The translations under genes and the position numbers were made by a program. 39,032 bases of DNA from Chloroflexota bacterium (GTDB lineage: Bacteria > Chloroflexota > Limnocylindria > Limnocylindrales > Limnocylindraceae), in contig JBEDBF010000003.1 of NCBI GenBank assembly GCA_041177405.1, positions 4,591 to 43,622 of the forward strand. The letters run 5' to 3'. The notes below the pieces were generated by a model. The model saw only the letters and a list, made by a program, of their open reading frames with translations, did not search any database and was not told the origin of the DNA. Shown piece after piece: positions 13,706 through 22,906 of this stretch. Each line of letters starts with the position of its first letter. The stretch's first letter is position 1.

Positions 13706-13745
13706 AAGAAAAACGCGGAGGCCCCAGCAGCGCTGGGGCCTCCGC
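13706..13745 (-). terminator. Rho-independent terminator of groESL
   Basis: A perfect 14-bp GC-rich stem GCGGAGGCCCCAGC/GCTGGGGCCTCCGC (13715-13745) with a 3-nt loop. On the minus strand it is followed by GTTTTTCTT, and it begins 20 nt after the groEL TAA. Confidence 0.85.
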
Positions 13746-13764
13746 CAACAGGAACCAGTGGGAA

Positions 13765-15399
<1,635 letters not shown>

Positions 15400-15451
15400 C
15401 TACTTTCTTTCTCTACTTCAACCGATTGATGAGTTGTGTTGAGCTTCGGTG

Positions 15452-15751
15452 CTATTCGACGATCGCGAGAATGTCCTTCGCGCCGACGATGAGGTACTCC
15501 GCGCCATCGAGCTTGAACTCGGTGCCGGCGTACTTCGCATGGAGGACGCGATCCCCCACCTTGACGTCGATCGGCTCGCGCTTCCCGTCTTCAAGGATGC
15601 GGCCTGGGCCTACGGAGACGACTTCACCCTCTTGCGGCTTCTCTTGCGCCGTATCGGGGAGGATGATCCCGCTCGCCGTCTTCTCGTCGCGAGGGACCGG
15701 CTTTACGACCACGCGGTCGCCGAGGGGTCGGAGTGATGCCTTCTTCGCCAT
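15452..15751 (-). CDS. groES: Co-chaperonin GroES (Cpn10)
   Basis: 99-aa ORF reading [13 protein letters not shown]...[35 protein letters not shown] Shine-Dalgarno sequence lies 6 nt upstream of the ATG. Confidence 0.97.
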   Translation of the reverse strand: MAKKASLRPLGDRVVVKPVPRDEKTASGIILPDTAQEKPQEGEVVSVGPGRILEDGKREPIDVKVGDRVLHAKYAGTEFKLDGAEYLIVGAKDILAIVE

Positions 15752-15832
15752 GGTTGACCTCCTACTTGGCAGCTGAGCCGATGCCCGCTGCGAAACTGCT
15801 CAGGCGCACACCCTGGTGCGCTTAGGGAGATG

Positions 15833-15859
15833 TTAGCACTCTCGGCCGTCGAGTGCCAA
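15833..15859 (-). promoter_or_regulatory. CIRCE operator (HrcA binding site) upstream of groES
   Basis: TTAGCACTC-N9-GAGTGCCAA matches the CIRCE consensus TTAGCACTC-N9-GAGTGCTAA with one mismatch. It lies 82 nt upstream of the groES ATG. Confidence 0.85.
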
Positions 15860-15867
15860 CACCACGC

Positions 15868-16713
15868 TCAGGCTGAGCGTGGCCGAAGGCGAGGAAAGGC
15901 GCGATCGTAGGTGGCGCTTATCGCGGCCGCGAGCTCGTCAACCGCTTCGCCACGCCGTGCGGCGATCCAGGCCAGCGTGAAAGCGACATTCGCTGGCTCA
16001 TTGCGACTCGGATCAGGGGCACCAGGCATTGTGAGCCACGGCGCGTCCGTCTCCGTCAGGATCCGGTCGGCCGGAACGACTCGAATCCACTCCGACGTCG
16101 CACGCTCCTCTGGGCGAAAGGCGAGTCCAGAGATGGAGACGAGACCGCCCAGGGCGAGTCCCTCCTCAATGTAGTCCTGGCTCCCCGATGCGCTGTGCAA
16201 GATGAAAGGCGCTCGCCCGCCAAATCGAGCGGCACCTCCGGCAGTGCCGATCGGCGACGCCCTGAGCGTCTTCATGAGTTGGCGCTGAGCATCATCGCCG
16301 TCCCCTGCGGATCGACAGTGGAGGATGAGTGGCTTCCCGAGCTGCACAGCTACCTCGATGTGCGCCTCAAGGTTTTCGATCTGATCCGCGAGCGGCGCGT
16401 AGTTACGTTTTGTGTCAATTCCTGTCTCCCCGATCGCAACGATCTCGGGCTCAGCGGCGCGCGCCAGCAGGGCGGCGCGCTGACTCGCCTCATCTGTTGC
16501 GTGATGTGGATGGATTCCGATCGCGGCGTCCATCCAGTCGTGTTCACGTGCAATCTCCACTGCAGCCTGTGAACTCCCCACGCTCCACGATGGGATAAGT
16601 AGGCGCGTCATCCCAGCAGAGCGCAGGCGCGCGATCACCTCGCTCCGATCAGCATCGAAGCGATCGGCCTGCAGATGACCGTGCGCGTCAGTCAGCGGAC
16701 GTTGGCTGCTCAT
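15868..16713 (-). CDS. tatD: TatD-family metal-dependent hydrolase/DNase
   Basis: Motifs DAHGHL, IGETGID, LILHCR and ETDAPWL. I chose the start at ATG 16713 (MSSQRPLTDAHGHL), which overlaps the metG 3' end by 26 nt. The ORF-track start at 16788 adds 25 poorly supported residues. Confidence 0.85.
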   Translation of the reverse strand: MSSQRPLTDAHGHLQADRFDADRSEVIARLRSAGMTRLLIPSWSVGSSQAAVEIAREHDWMDAAIGIHPHHATDEASQRAALLARAAEPEIVAIGETGIDTKRNYAPLADQIENLEAHIEVAVQLGKPLILHCRSAGDGDDAQRQLMKTLRASPIGTAGGAARFGGRAPFILHSASGSQDYIEEGLALGGLVSISGLAFRPEERATSEWIRVVPADRILTETDAPWLTMPGAPDPSRNEPANVAFTLAWIAARRGEAVDELAAAISATYDRAFPRLRPRSA

Positions 16714-18316
16714 CTGCCTCAAGGCGCGGGAATAGCGGGACTGGCTCCCCGAGTGCGCCAGTAGCGGCAACACTCCCCCAACTCCCAAGCGCCGCGCGCG
16801 TCAGACTGCTGCGACCAGCCGCATCAAACGGCCAGGGGTGACCGAGAAGCGCCCAGATCTTCTCAGCCGTTTCAGGAATCACAGGCGCCGCATACAGCGC
16901 CACAAGTCGACAGGCTTCAAGGAGGTCGCCAAGGACATCTGCAAGCTGCTTGCGTGCCGTCTCATCTCCACCTTTCGCAGCTTTTGCCAGCTCCCACGGC
17001 CTCTCCGTATCAACGAATCTGTTCGCCGCACCCACGAACTCCCACAGCGCACCGATCCAGAGGTGAAGCGCCAGCTCCTCCATCGCCGCCTCACTCTTCC
17101 GGCGAGCCGCCTCCCACTCAGCCGCAAGCGGTGAAACCATTGCGGCCCGCGGTGCTGGTGCATCGGTACCGAATGCACGGCTCGCCATGGTCGTTGCACG
17201 GTTCACGAGATTGCCAAAATCGTTTGCGAGCTCGGAGTTGTAACGGCGAATGATTGAGTCCCAGCTCACCTCGCCATCGCCGTCAAATGGGACCTCGCGT
17301 AGTGCAACGAATCGCGCACCATCGGCGCCGAGCGCCGCAACGGCGCTATTTGGGTCGAGGAAATTGCCGCGGCTCTTGCTCATCCGCTCGCCGCTCGAAA
17401 GGAGCCACCCGTGCACCCAGATTCGCTTCGGTGCTTCAAGTCCCGCACTCCAGAGCATCGCCGGCCAGAAGACTGAATGAAACCGATTAATGTCCTTGCC
17501 AATGATGTGCAAATCTGCAGGCCACCACGGTGCACCCGTTGGATCCGCAGGAAAGCCCGCTCCCGTGAGGTAGTTAATGAGTGCGTCGTACCAGACATAA
17601 ATTGTCCCCGCGGTAGGATCCCCGCTACCGTCGGGCTTCAGCGCACTGGTTCCGTCTTCTCGTATCGGGAACGGAATCCCCCAGGTTGCACCCTCCCGGC
17701 TGATCGAGAAGTCTTCAAGTCCCTGGCGGATAAATCCGAGCATCTCATTACGGCGGTACTCAGGCTGCACAGGCGAGGGATCTTGCGTCAGCCAGGCCTC
17801 GAGTCGCTCCTGATATGCGCTCAGTCGAAAGAACCAGTTCCGCTCCTTCAGCCACTGCAGTGGGACACCAGGATGATTCGGGCAGACACTCGCGCCCCCC
17901 TCTTTCACCACATCACCTTCGGCGCGAAATCCTTCGTTCGGGCAGTACCAGCCTTCATATGTGCCGAGGTAGATGTCGCCGGCGGCAAATGAGCGACGCA
18001 CCATCTCCTGGGCAGCGAGCGTGTGGTCAGCATCGGTGGTGCGGATAAATCGATCAGGAGTGATGAGCAGGAGCGCCTCACTCTCCTGGAAGAGGGCCAC
18101 GTTTTTGTCGACAAAGGCCTTCGGGGTGAGCCCCTCTTCTGCCGCGCGGGCGGCGATGTTCACGGAGTACTCGTCCGTGCCCGTGAGGAAGCGCACCTCG
18201 TCGCCACCCATGCGTCGCCAACGTGCGATCACATCCGCCCCGATCACTTCGTAGAGCGTGTGCAGGCCGGGCTTGTTGTTGGCATACGCAATGGCCGTCG
18301 TAAGGTAGTACCGCAT
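16688..18316 (-). CDS. metG: Methionyl-tRNA synthetase (short form without a C-terminal tRNA-binding domain; non-canonical HIGH motif)
   Basis: N-terminus MRYYLTTAIAYANNKPGLHTLYEVIGADVIARWRRMGGDEVRFLTGTDE, and the KMSKS-type loop GERMSKSRGNF. I chose the start at ATG 18316. The ORF track begins 6 codons upstream at GTG 18334. Confidence 0.85.
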   Translation of the reverse strand: MRYYLTTAIAYANNKPGLHTLYEVIGADVIARWRRMGGDEVRFLTGTDEYSVNIAARAAEEGLTPKAFVDKNVALFQESEALLLITPDRFIRTTDADHTLAAQEMVRRSFAAGDIYLGTYEGWYCPNEGFRAEGDVVKEGGASVCPNHPGVPLQWLKERNWFFRLSAYQERLEAWLTQDPSPVQPEYRRNEMLGFIRQGLEDFSISREGATWGIPFPIREDGTSALKPDGSGDPTAGTIYVWYDALINYLTGAGFPADPTGAPWWPADLHIIGKDINRFHSVFWPAMLWSAGLEAPKRIWVHGWLLSSGERMSKSRGNFLDPNSAVAALGADGARFVALREVPFDGDGEVSWDSIIRRYNSELANDFGNLVNRATTMASRAFGTDAPAPRAAMVSPLAAEWEAARRKSEAAMEELALHLWIGALWEFVGAANRFVDTERPWELAKAAKGGDETARKQLADVLGDLLEACRLVALYAAPVIPETAEKIWALLGHPWPFDAAGRSSLTRAALGSWGSVAATGALGEPVPLFPRLEADEQPTSAD

Positions 18317-18436
18317 CGCGACCGAGTGTCGCACACGATACGCCCACCGTATGCGCCAAGGGGGATGCTTCGGTCACGAAGCGGGTTGTAGCGCAGGGGG
18401 GAGCCCCTTGGGACCCGCCTCGGGAGAGGAGCGGAG

Positions 18437-18832
18437 ATGAACAAGGTGATCCTGGCGGGTCGGATGACTAAACCAGTCGAGATGAAGCCACTCCCGTCTG
18501 GGAGCAAGGTAGCGGTGGGGAGCCTCGCCAGCCACGACTATCGCGGCGGCGAGGAGCGGACGGAGTTCCACCGCCTCGTCTTCTGGGAGAAGCTTGCCGA
18601 GATCGCTTCCACCCACCTACAGGCCGGCTCACTCGTTGCGATTGACGGACGCCTCAAGACGCATGAGTGGGAGAGCGACGGGGCGCGGCGGTGGATGACG
18701 GAAGTGATCGTGAACCGCCTCGAGTTTCTTGGACCGAAACCACCGAGCGCAGAGCCCGTTGCGCAAGGTGCAGAACCAACCGATCTCGGCGAAGCGGAGT
18801 ACGGAGAAGAGATCGCGCCAGCCCGCCCATAG
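18437..18832 (+). CDS. ssb: Single-stranded DNA-binding protein-like OB-fold protein, lacking the canonical acidic C-terminal tip
   Basis: 131-aa ORF reading MNKVILAGRMTKPVEMKPLPSGSKVAVGSLA...TEFHRLVFWEKLAEIA...LQAGSLVAIDGRLKTHEWE, the typical SSB OB-fold pattern. An AGGAG Shine-Dalgarno sequence lies 5 nt upstream of the ATG. The C-terminus is ...EAEYGEEIAPARP rather than DDDIPF. Confidence 0.75.
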   Translation: MNKVILAGRMTKPVEMKPLPSGSKVAVGSLASHDYRGGEERTEFHRLVFWEKLAEIASTHLQAGSLVAIDGRLKTHEWESDGARRWMTEVIVNRLEFLGPKPPSAEPVAQGAEPTDLGEAEYGEEIAPARP

Positions 18833-18837
18833 CGCGC

Positions 18838-18871
18838 ATGCGGCCGAGCGGCTACTCCCCCTCGGCCGCGT
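18838..18871. terminator. Hairpin between the convergent ssb and rsmI (possible bidirectional terminator)
   Basis: A perfect 9-bp stem GCGGCCGAG/CTCGGCCGC (18840-18848 and 18861-18869) with a 12-nt loop. There is no U-tract on either strand, and it overlaps the rsmI stop codon. Confidence 0.3.
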
Positions 18872-19739
18872 CGCGGTGGGCCAGCGACCATAGTCGACGC
18901 CGATCGAGCCTCCACGCCGCAGCGATCTCTCGTACCGCATCGCTGCGTGATGCCCCTTCGGCCATTCGCTGATGGACGGCAACAAGCGCCGCCGGATATG
19001 CGCCATCCGCATCGGGCTCAGTACCAACATCCGACGCCTCACCGAGCACAATGACGAACTCACCGCGACCATCGATCTCTCCCGACTCTACCTGCGCAGC
19101 GAGCGTTGCAAGGCCTCCACGTCGAACCTCTTCGTGGATCTTCGTAAGCTCTCGGCAGAGCGCGGCCGGACGATCGGAGCCCGCAGCCTCCGCGAGGTCG
19201 CGAAGGGTTGCCGCGACTCGATTACCCGCTTCATAGATGACACTGGCGCGCCCATCCGCCGCAAGTGCCCCAATCACACGCCGACGATCGGCCCCGCTCC
19301 GTGGGAGAAATCCCTCAAAACTCCAACGCGCACCTGCAACTCCGGACGCCACAACCGCCGCGAGTAGGGCTGATGGGCCAGGAATCGGGATGACACGGAT
19401 GCCTGCGGAGATCGCCGCTCGCACGAGCTGCTGTCCAGGATCGCTAATCAGTGGCGTGCCCGCATCGCTGATCAGCGCAACGGCCTCCCCTTGCAGGAGT
19501 CGCGCAATGATCGGATCGACGCGATCGGCCTCATCAAATCCTGGAAGCGATGCGACTTCGGCACTCACTCCGATTGATGAGAGAAGGACGCGTGCGATGC
19601 GGGAGTCTTCGGCAAGCACAAGGCGAACCTCGCCCAAAACGGCCACCGCCCGGGGTGAGAGATCGGCGAGGTTTCCGATCGGTGTGGAGACGATGTGAAG
19701 GGCCCCAGGCGTTGCCCCTCCGCCACGACCATCACTCAT
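18852..19739 (-). CDS. rsmI: 16S rRNA (cytidine1402-2'-O)-methyltransferase RsmI
   Basis: 295-aa ORF reading LHIVSTPIGNLADLSPRAVAVLGEVRLVLAEDSR...DAGTPLISDPG...IPGPSA, the tetrapyrrole-methylase fold pattern typical of RsmI. Confidence 0.9.
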   Translation of the reverse strand: MSDGRGGGATPGALHIVSTPIGNLADLSPRAVAVLGEVRLVLAEDSRIARVLLSSIGVSAEVASLPGFDEADRVDPIIARLLQGEAVALISDAGTPLISDPGQQLVRAAISAGIRVIPIPGPSALLAAVVASGVAGARWSFEGFLPRSGADRRRVIGALAADGRASVIYEAGNRVAATLRDLAEAAGSDRPAALCRELTKIHEEVRRGGLATLAAQVESGEIDGRGEFVIVLGEASDVGTEPDADGAYPAALVAVHQRMAEGASRSDAVREIAAAWRLDRRRLWSLAHRDAAEGE

Positions 19740-19763
19740 AGTGAATAAATGATCGCGTGCGAT

Positions 19764-20576
19764 CTATCTTTTGATCTTTGGGAACGGTGGCATCTCCCGC
19801 TTAAATTGTGACGCGGCAATCATCCTCTGAATTCGGGCAACAAGCTCCGGATCAAATCCGTCAGCGACAACCTCAGCGTGGCTTCCCCCTAGATCAACGA
19901 GGCGGTAGAGGATTCGATCAAGCGTCGGATAGTCAAAGCCGCCCTCGCTCTCGTCGGTTTGGCCGGGCCAAAGATCTGCGCTTGGCGCTTTCGTTAACAC
20001 AGCATCCGGAACTCCGAGATGCGCGGCGAGCGCTCGCACCTGGCTCTTGTACAGGTCGCCGATCGGATTGATGGCACACGCCGCGTCACCGTGAAGTGTG
20101 GTGTACCCAATCGCTCCTTCTGATTTGTTTCCCGTACCCATGACAATCCCGTTGTGTCGAGCTGATTCGTGATAGAGGGTGATCATGCGCATGCGAGCAG
20201 CGATATTGCCGCGCTGGATTGGCGTGATTGGCACACCCGTAGGCAACGATGCCTCAACGGCATCCACGCCCGCGGTAATTGGCACCTCCTCCACGCTGCA
20301 CCCGAGTGCCTTTGCCACGGCGAGGGCATCTTCACGCGAACTTGGCGCGGAGGTTCGGTACGGCATGATGTAGGTACGAAGTCGATCTGACCCGATGGCA
20401 TCAGCGGTCAGGAATCCAACAAGAGCGGAATCAATCCCACCAGAGAGCCCGAGGATCGCGTTTTGCGCTCCGATGTTCTTGAACTGATCTTGGATGAACG
20501 AACGGAGGGTTGCATGGACCGACACCACATCAATGGAAAGTTCAGAAGGGATACCACCGTTCAATGCCTTCTCCAC
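19764..20576 (-). CDS. nadE: Ammonia-dependent NAD+ synthetase
   Basis: 270-aa ORF with the PP-loop motif LGLSGGIDSALV. Length and pattern are typical of NadE. It uses a GTG start. Confidence 0.9.
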   Translation of the reverse strand: MEKALNGGIPSELSIDVVSVHATLRSFIQDQFKNIGAQNAILGLSGGIDSALVGFLTADAIGSDRLRTYIMPYRTSAPSSREDALAVAKALGCSVEEVPITAGVDAVEASLPTGVPITPIQRGNIAARMRMITLYHESARHNGIVMGTGNKSEGAIGYTTLHGDAACAINPIGDLYKSQVRALAAHLGVPDAVLTKAPSADLWPGQTDESEGGFDYPTLDRILYRLVDLGGSHAEVVADGFDPELVARIQRMIAASQFKREMPPFPKIKR

Positions 20577-20584
20577 GAGTCCCC

Positions 20585-22513
20585 CTACTCTTCACTCCAC
20601 AGTTCAATCGACCATGCGTAGAGCGGGCTTGCAGCGTCCGCTTCTCGCGTAGGCCACGTGAACCTTTCATCCAAAAGTGTATACCCGGCTTCTGCCCAGA
20701 GCAAAAGATTGGGGCGTTCACTGCGACGTAGCGACTGAAACTCCGCATAGATCGGGGCCCGAACCTCTTCGCTGGACCCAGTTACCGCTTGGCGCAGGAG
20801 GCTATCCGCGCGCTCGCTTTGCCAGCAGGCAAGGTTCTTTCCTGCTGGAGCCTCTTCGGACGGGCAGGCGGACGATAAGAAGAGATCGGAGTCATCTGGG
20901 TCAAGGCTCCACTGCCAGCTACCGATGTAGGCATCAAAGTCGCCCGGGTACTGAAGCCTCGGCAGGATTTCGCTCCGATACGGTTGCGCAGATACGGTGA
21001 TCGAGAATCCGCACTCTGATGCCTGGTCTGCGATTGACTGTGCGGCGCTGAGACGAGAGCTGAGGCCCTCGCGAACCAAGATTTCACCTTCAAGGCGTGT
21101 CCCGAGCTTTGCAAACACCCCATCGCTCTCCTCTTGCCATCCGTCGGCGAGAAGCGCGCTGCGCGCCGCACTGCGGTTCACGGTGGCCTCAGGGACGCTG
21201 CCTGACGACAGCGCCCACGATCCTGGAGCGATCGTGCTGCTGATTGGAAACCCAGCTCCGCTCGTCGCGCTCTCCGCAATGAGATCAAGATCTACGCACG
21301 AACTTAGTGCCGTCCGAACAACGCCGTCCGCAAATGGCCTACCGGGCCGCAGATTAAATGCCAGGTAGACATACCCCCGCGATGAGGGTCCTTTCAGGAG
21401 GGTTGCCCCGTCGCGCAGACTCAGGCCAGCGACGCTGGTGCCACTCAGGTGTGGAGCCCAATCGACCTGGGAAGATTGGAAAGAAGCCACCGCGGCGGAC
21501 TCGTTCGGCACCCTGATGATTCTGATCTTGCTGATGTTCGGCGCACCGAGAGCAAATGACCGGAAACTATCAAGGTCCACCATCGAACCAGGAATCCGCT
21601 CACGAAGCCGATATGGCCCTGCACCGATCGGCGTGAGCTGAATGTCAAGGAGCGGATAGGCAACGGCCAGCTGGCTCTCGGCAGGTGCAAGCAGATACGC
21701 TTCGAGAGTCGTGAGTCGCAAGAAGAGATCTCGAGCATACGACTCATCGTTTCGTGACACCACGGTCTGTCCGCCGCCACTCACCACCGGGAAGATGCGG
21801 ACGTCTGGAAGCTGCACACCTGATGCGTTTAGTACTCGCTCCAGCTCGCCGGCGTATGGGGCATACAGGCAGGCTGCGTCTCCACCCGAGGAGCACGAGG
21901 TCGCTTCTAGTTGCGCAGCGATGTTTTCACGTGTCACGGTAATCAGGGTGCGATCAGCGCCACTGATGCTCTCTTGCAGTCGCTGCAGCGACTCCTCGAT
22001 CGCTCTCTTGGGCAGAATCGGAATCGTCAGTCCACGTGTGCGCCACGGGGCCCAGCTGGAGATGAGGCGAAACCGGATACTGGTTGAACTATCCGACTCC
22101 ACCGCCTCCAGATGCGTTCTCACCACTTCGCAAATATCGGGAGCGAGTGGACACTGACCGCTCTTCGCAAGTTCATAGGTGAAGATGACGTCCTCAGCGG
22201 TCAGTGCTGAACCGTCATGAAAGGTGAGTCCCGACTTCAGCGTGACCTGTACCGTGGCGCCACCTGCGGAAGAGATCGGCGGGCCTTCTGCCAGAAGTGG
22301 TTGCGGAAGGAGCGTCGCATCAGGCCGGTAGAGTCCTGCGTGCACCAGGCCCCCGACGAACGCCGAGGACTCGTCTTTGTATGCAGCGCTGAGATGAAGA
22401 GGCTCATCCGTCAGGGCAACGCGGAGCGCTGCCCCGCCAACGAGCGAACAGGCGGCACTTGAGAGCGCCAGAAGAAGCGCCGCGATAAGCGGTGCGATCG
22501 TGCGTTGGATCAT
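20585..22513 (-). CDS. ABC-transporter family-5 (peptide/nickel type) solute-binding lipoprotein, orphan
   Basis: 642-aa ORF with a signal peptide and lipobox (LLLALSSAAC). Family-5 hallmarks are LTFHDGSALTAEDVIFTYE, ILPK and PIGAGPYRL. There are no permease or ATPase genes anywhere in the window. It has a 4-nt overlap with the gcvH stop. Confidence 0.8.
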   Translation of the reverse strand: MIQRTIAPLIAALLLALSSAACSLVGGAALRVALTDEPLHLSAAYKDESSAFVGGLVHAGLYRPDATLLPQPLLAEGPPISSAGGATVQVTLKSGLTFHDGSALTAEDVIFTYELAKSGQCPLAPDICEVVRTHLEAVESDSSTSIRFRLISSWAPWRTRGLTIPILPKRAIEESLQRLQESISGADRTLITVTRENIAAQLEATSCSSGGDAACLYAPYAGELERVLNASGVQLPDVRIFPVVSGGGQTVVSRNDESYARDLFLRLTTLEAYLLAPAESQLAVAYPLLDIQLTPIGAGPYRLRERIPGSMVDLDSFRSFALGAPNISKIRIIRVPNESAAVASFQSSQVDWAPHLSGTSVAGLSLRDGATLLKGPSSRGYVYLAFNLRPGRPFADGVVRTALSSCVDLDLIAESATSGAGFPISSTIAPGSWALSSGSVPEATVNRSAARSALLADGWQEESDGVFAKLGTRLEGEILVREGLSSRLSAAQSIADQASECGFSITVSAQPYRSEILPRLQYPGDFDAYIGSWQWSLDPDDSDLFLSSACPSEEAPAGKNLACWQSERADSLLRQAVTGSSEEVRAPIYAEFQSLRRSERPNLLLWAEAGYTLLDERFTWPTREADAASPLYAWSIELWSEE

Positions 22514-22887
22514 GCCGTCAGCTTGTCGTAACCCGCCGAGTCAAGCAGAACGTCAAGCTCTGCTGGATTACTGAGCTGAACTTCCAGGAGCCAGCCAGAA
22601 CCGTATGGATCAGCGTTGATGGACTCTGGCGCACTTGAAAGGGCATCGTTCCGAGCGAGTACGTTCCCAGAGATTGGACTAAACAGATCACTGACCGCCT
22701 TGACAGATTCTACGGCGCCAAAGACTGCAAACTGCGTGAGGGTGGCTCCTACGGCAGGGAGGTCCACGAAGACAACGTCGCCGAGCTCATTCGCCGCGTG
22801 CGCCGTGATTCCGATCACGGCACGGTCTCCCTGGACGCGGACCCATTCGTGCTCCTTTGAATATCGAAGCTCAACTGGTGAACTCAT
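22510..22887 (-). CDS. gcvH: Glycine cleavage system H protein
   Basis: 125-aa ORF reading YSKEHEWVRV...GITAHAANELGDVVFVDLP...VESVKAVSDL, which contains the lipoyl-lysine. An AGGAGGGG Shine-Dalgarno sequence lies upstream. Confidence 0.95.
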   Translation of the reverse strand: MSSPVELRYSKEHEWVRVQGDRAVIGITAHAANELGDVVFVDLPAVGATLTQFAVFGAVESVKAVSDLFSPISGNVLARNDALSSAPESINADPYGSGWLLEVQLSNPAELDVLLDSAGYDKLTA

Positions 22888-22906
22888 CGCACCCCTCCTC
22901 TGATCT

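Noticed and set aside
18317-18436. A possible T-box leader or other riboregulator upstream of metG.
   Set aside because: Only about 100-120 bp are available, and they are shared with the divergent ssb promoter. That is too short for a T-box, and I found no specifier/antiterminator-like elements.
19764-20576. Lower GC content in nadE as a hint of horizontal transfer. Hand-counted 60-nt lines gave about 48-58%, versus about 65% in a ligA line.
   Set aside because: Similar dips occur in clearly native genes. One metG line was 47% and ftsZ and gcvH lines were about 52-58%. My sampling is too sparse to call this an anomaly, and it needs a proper sliding-window and codon-usage analysis.
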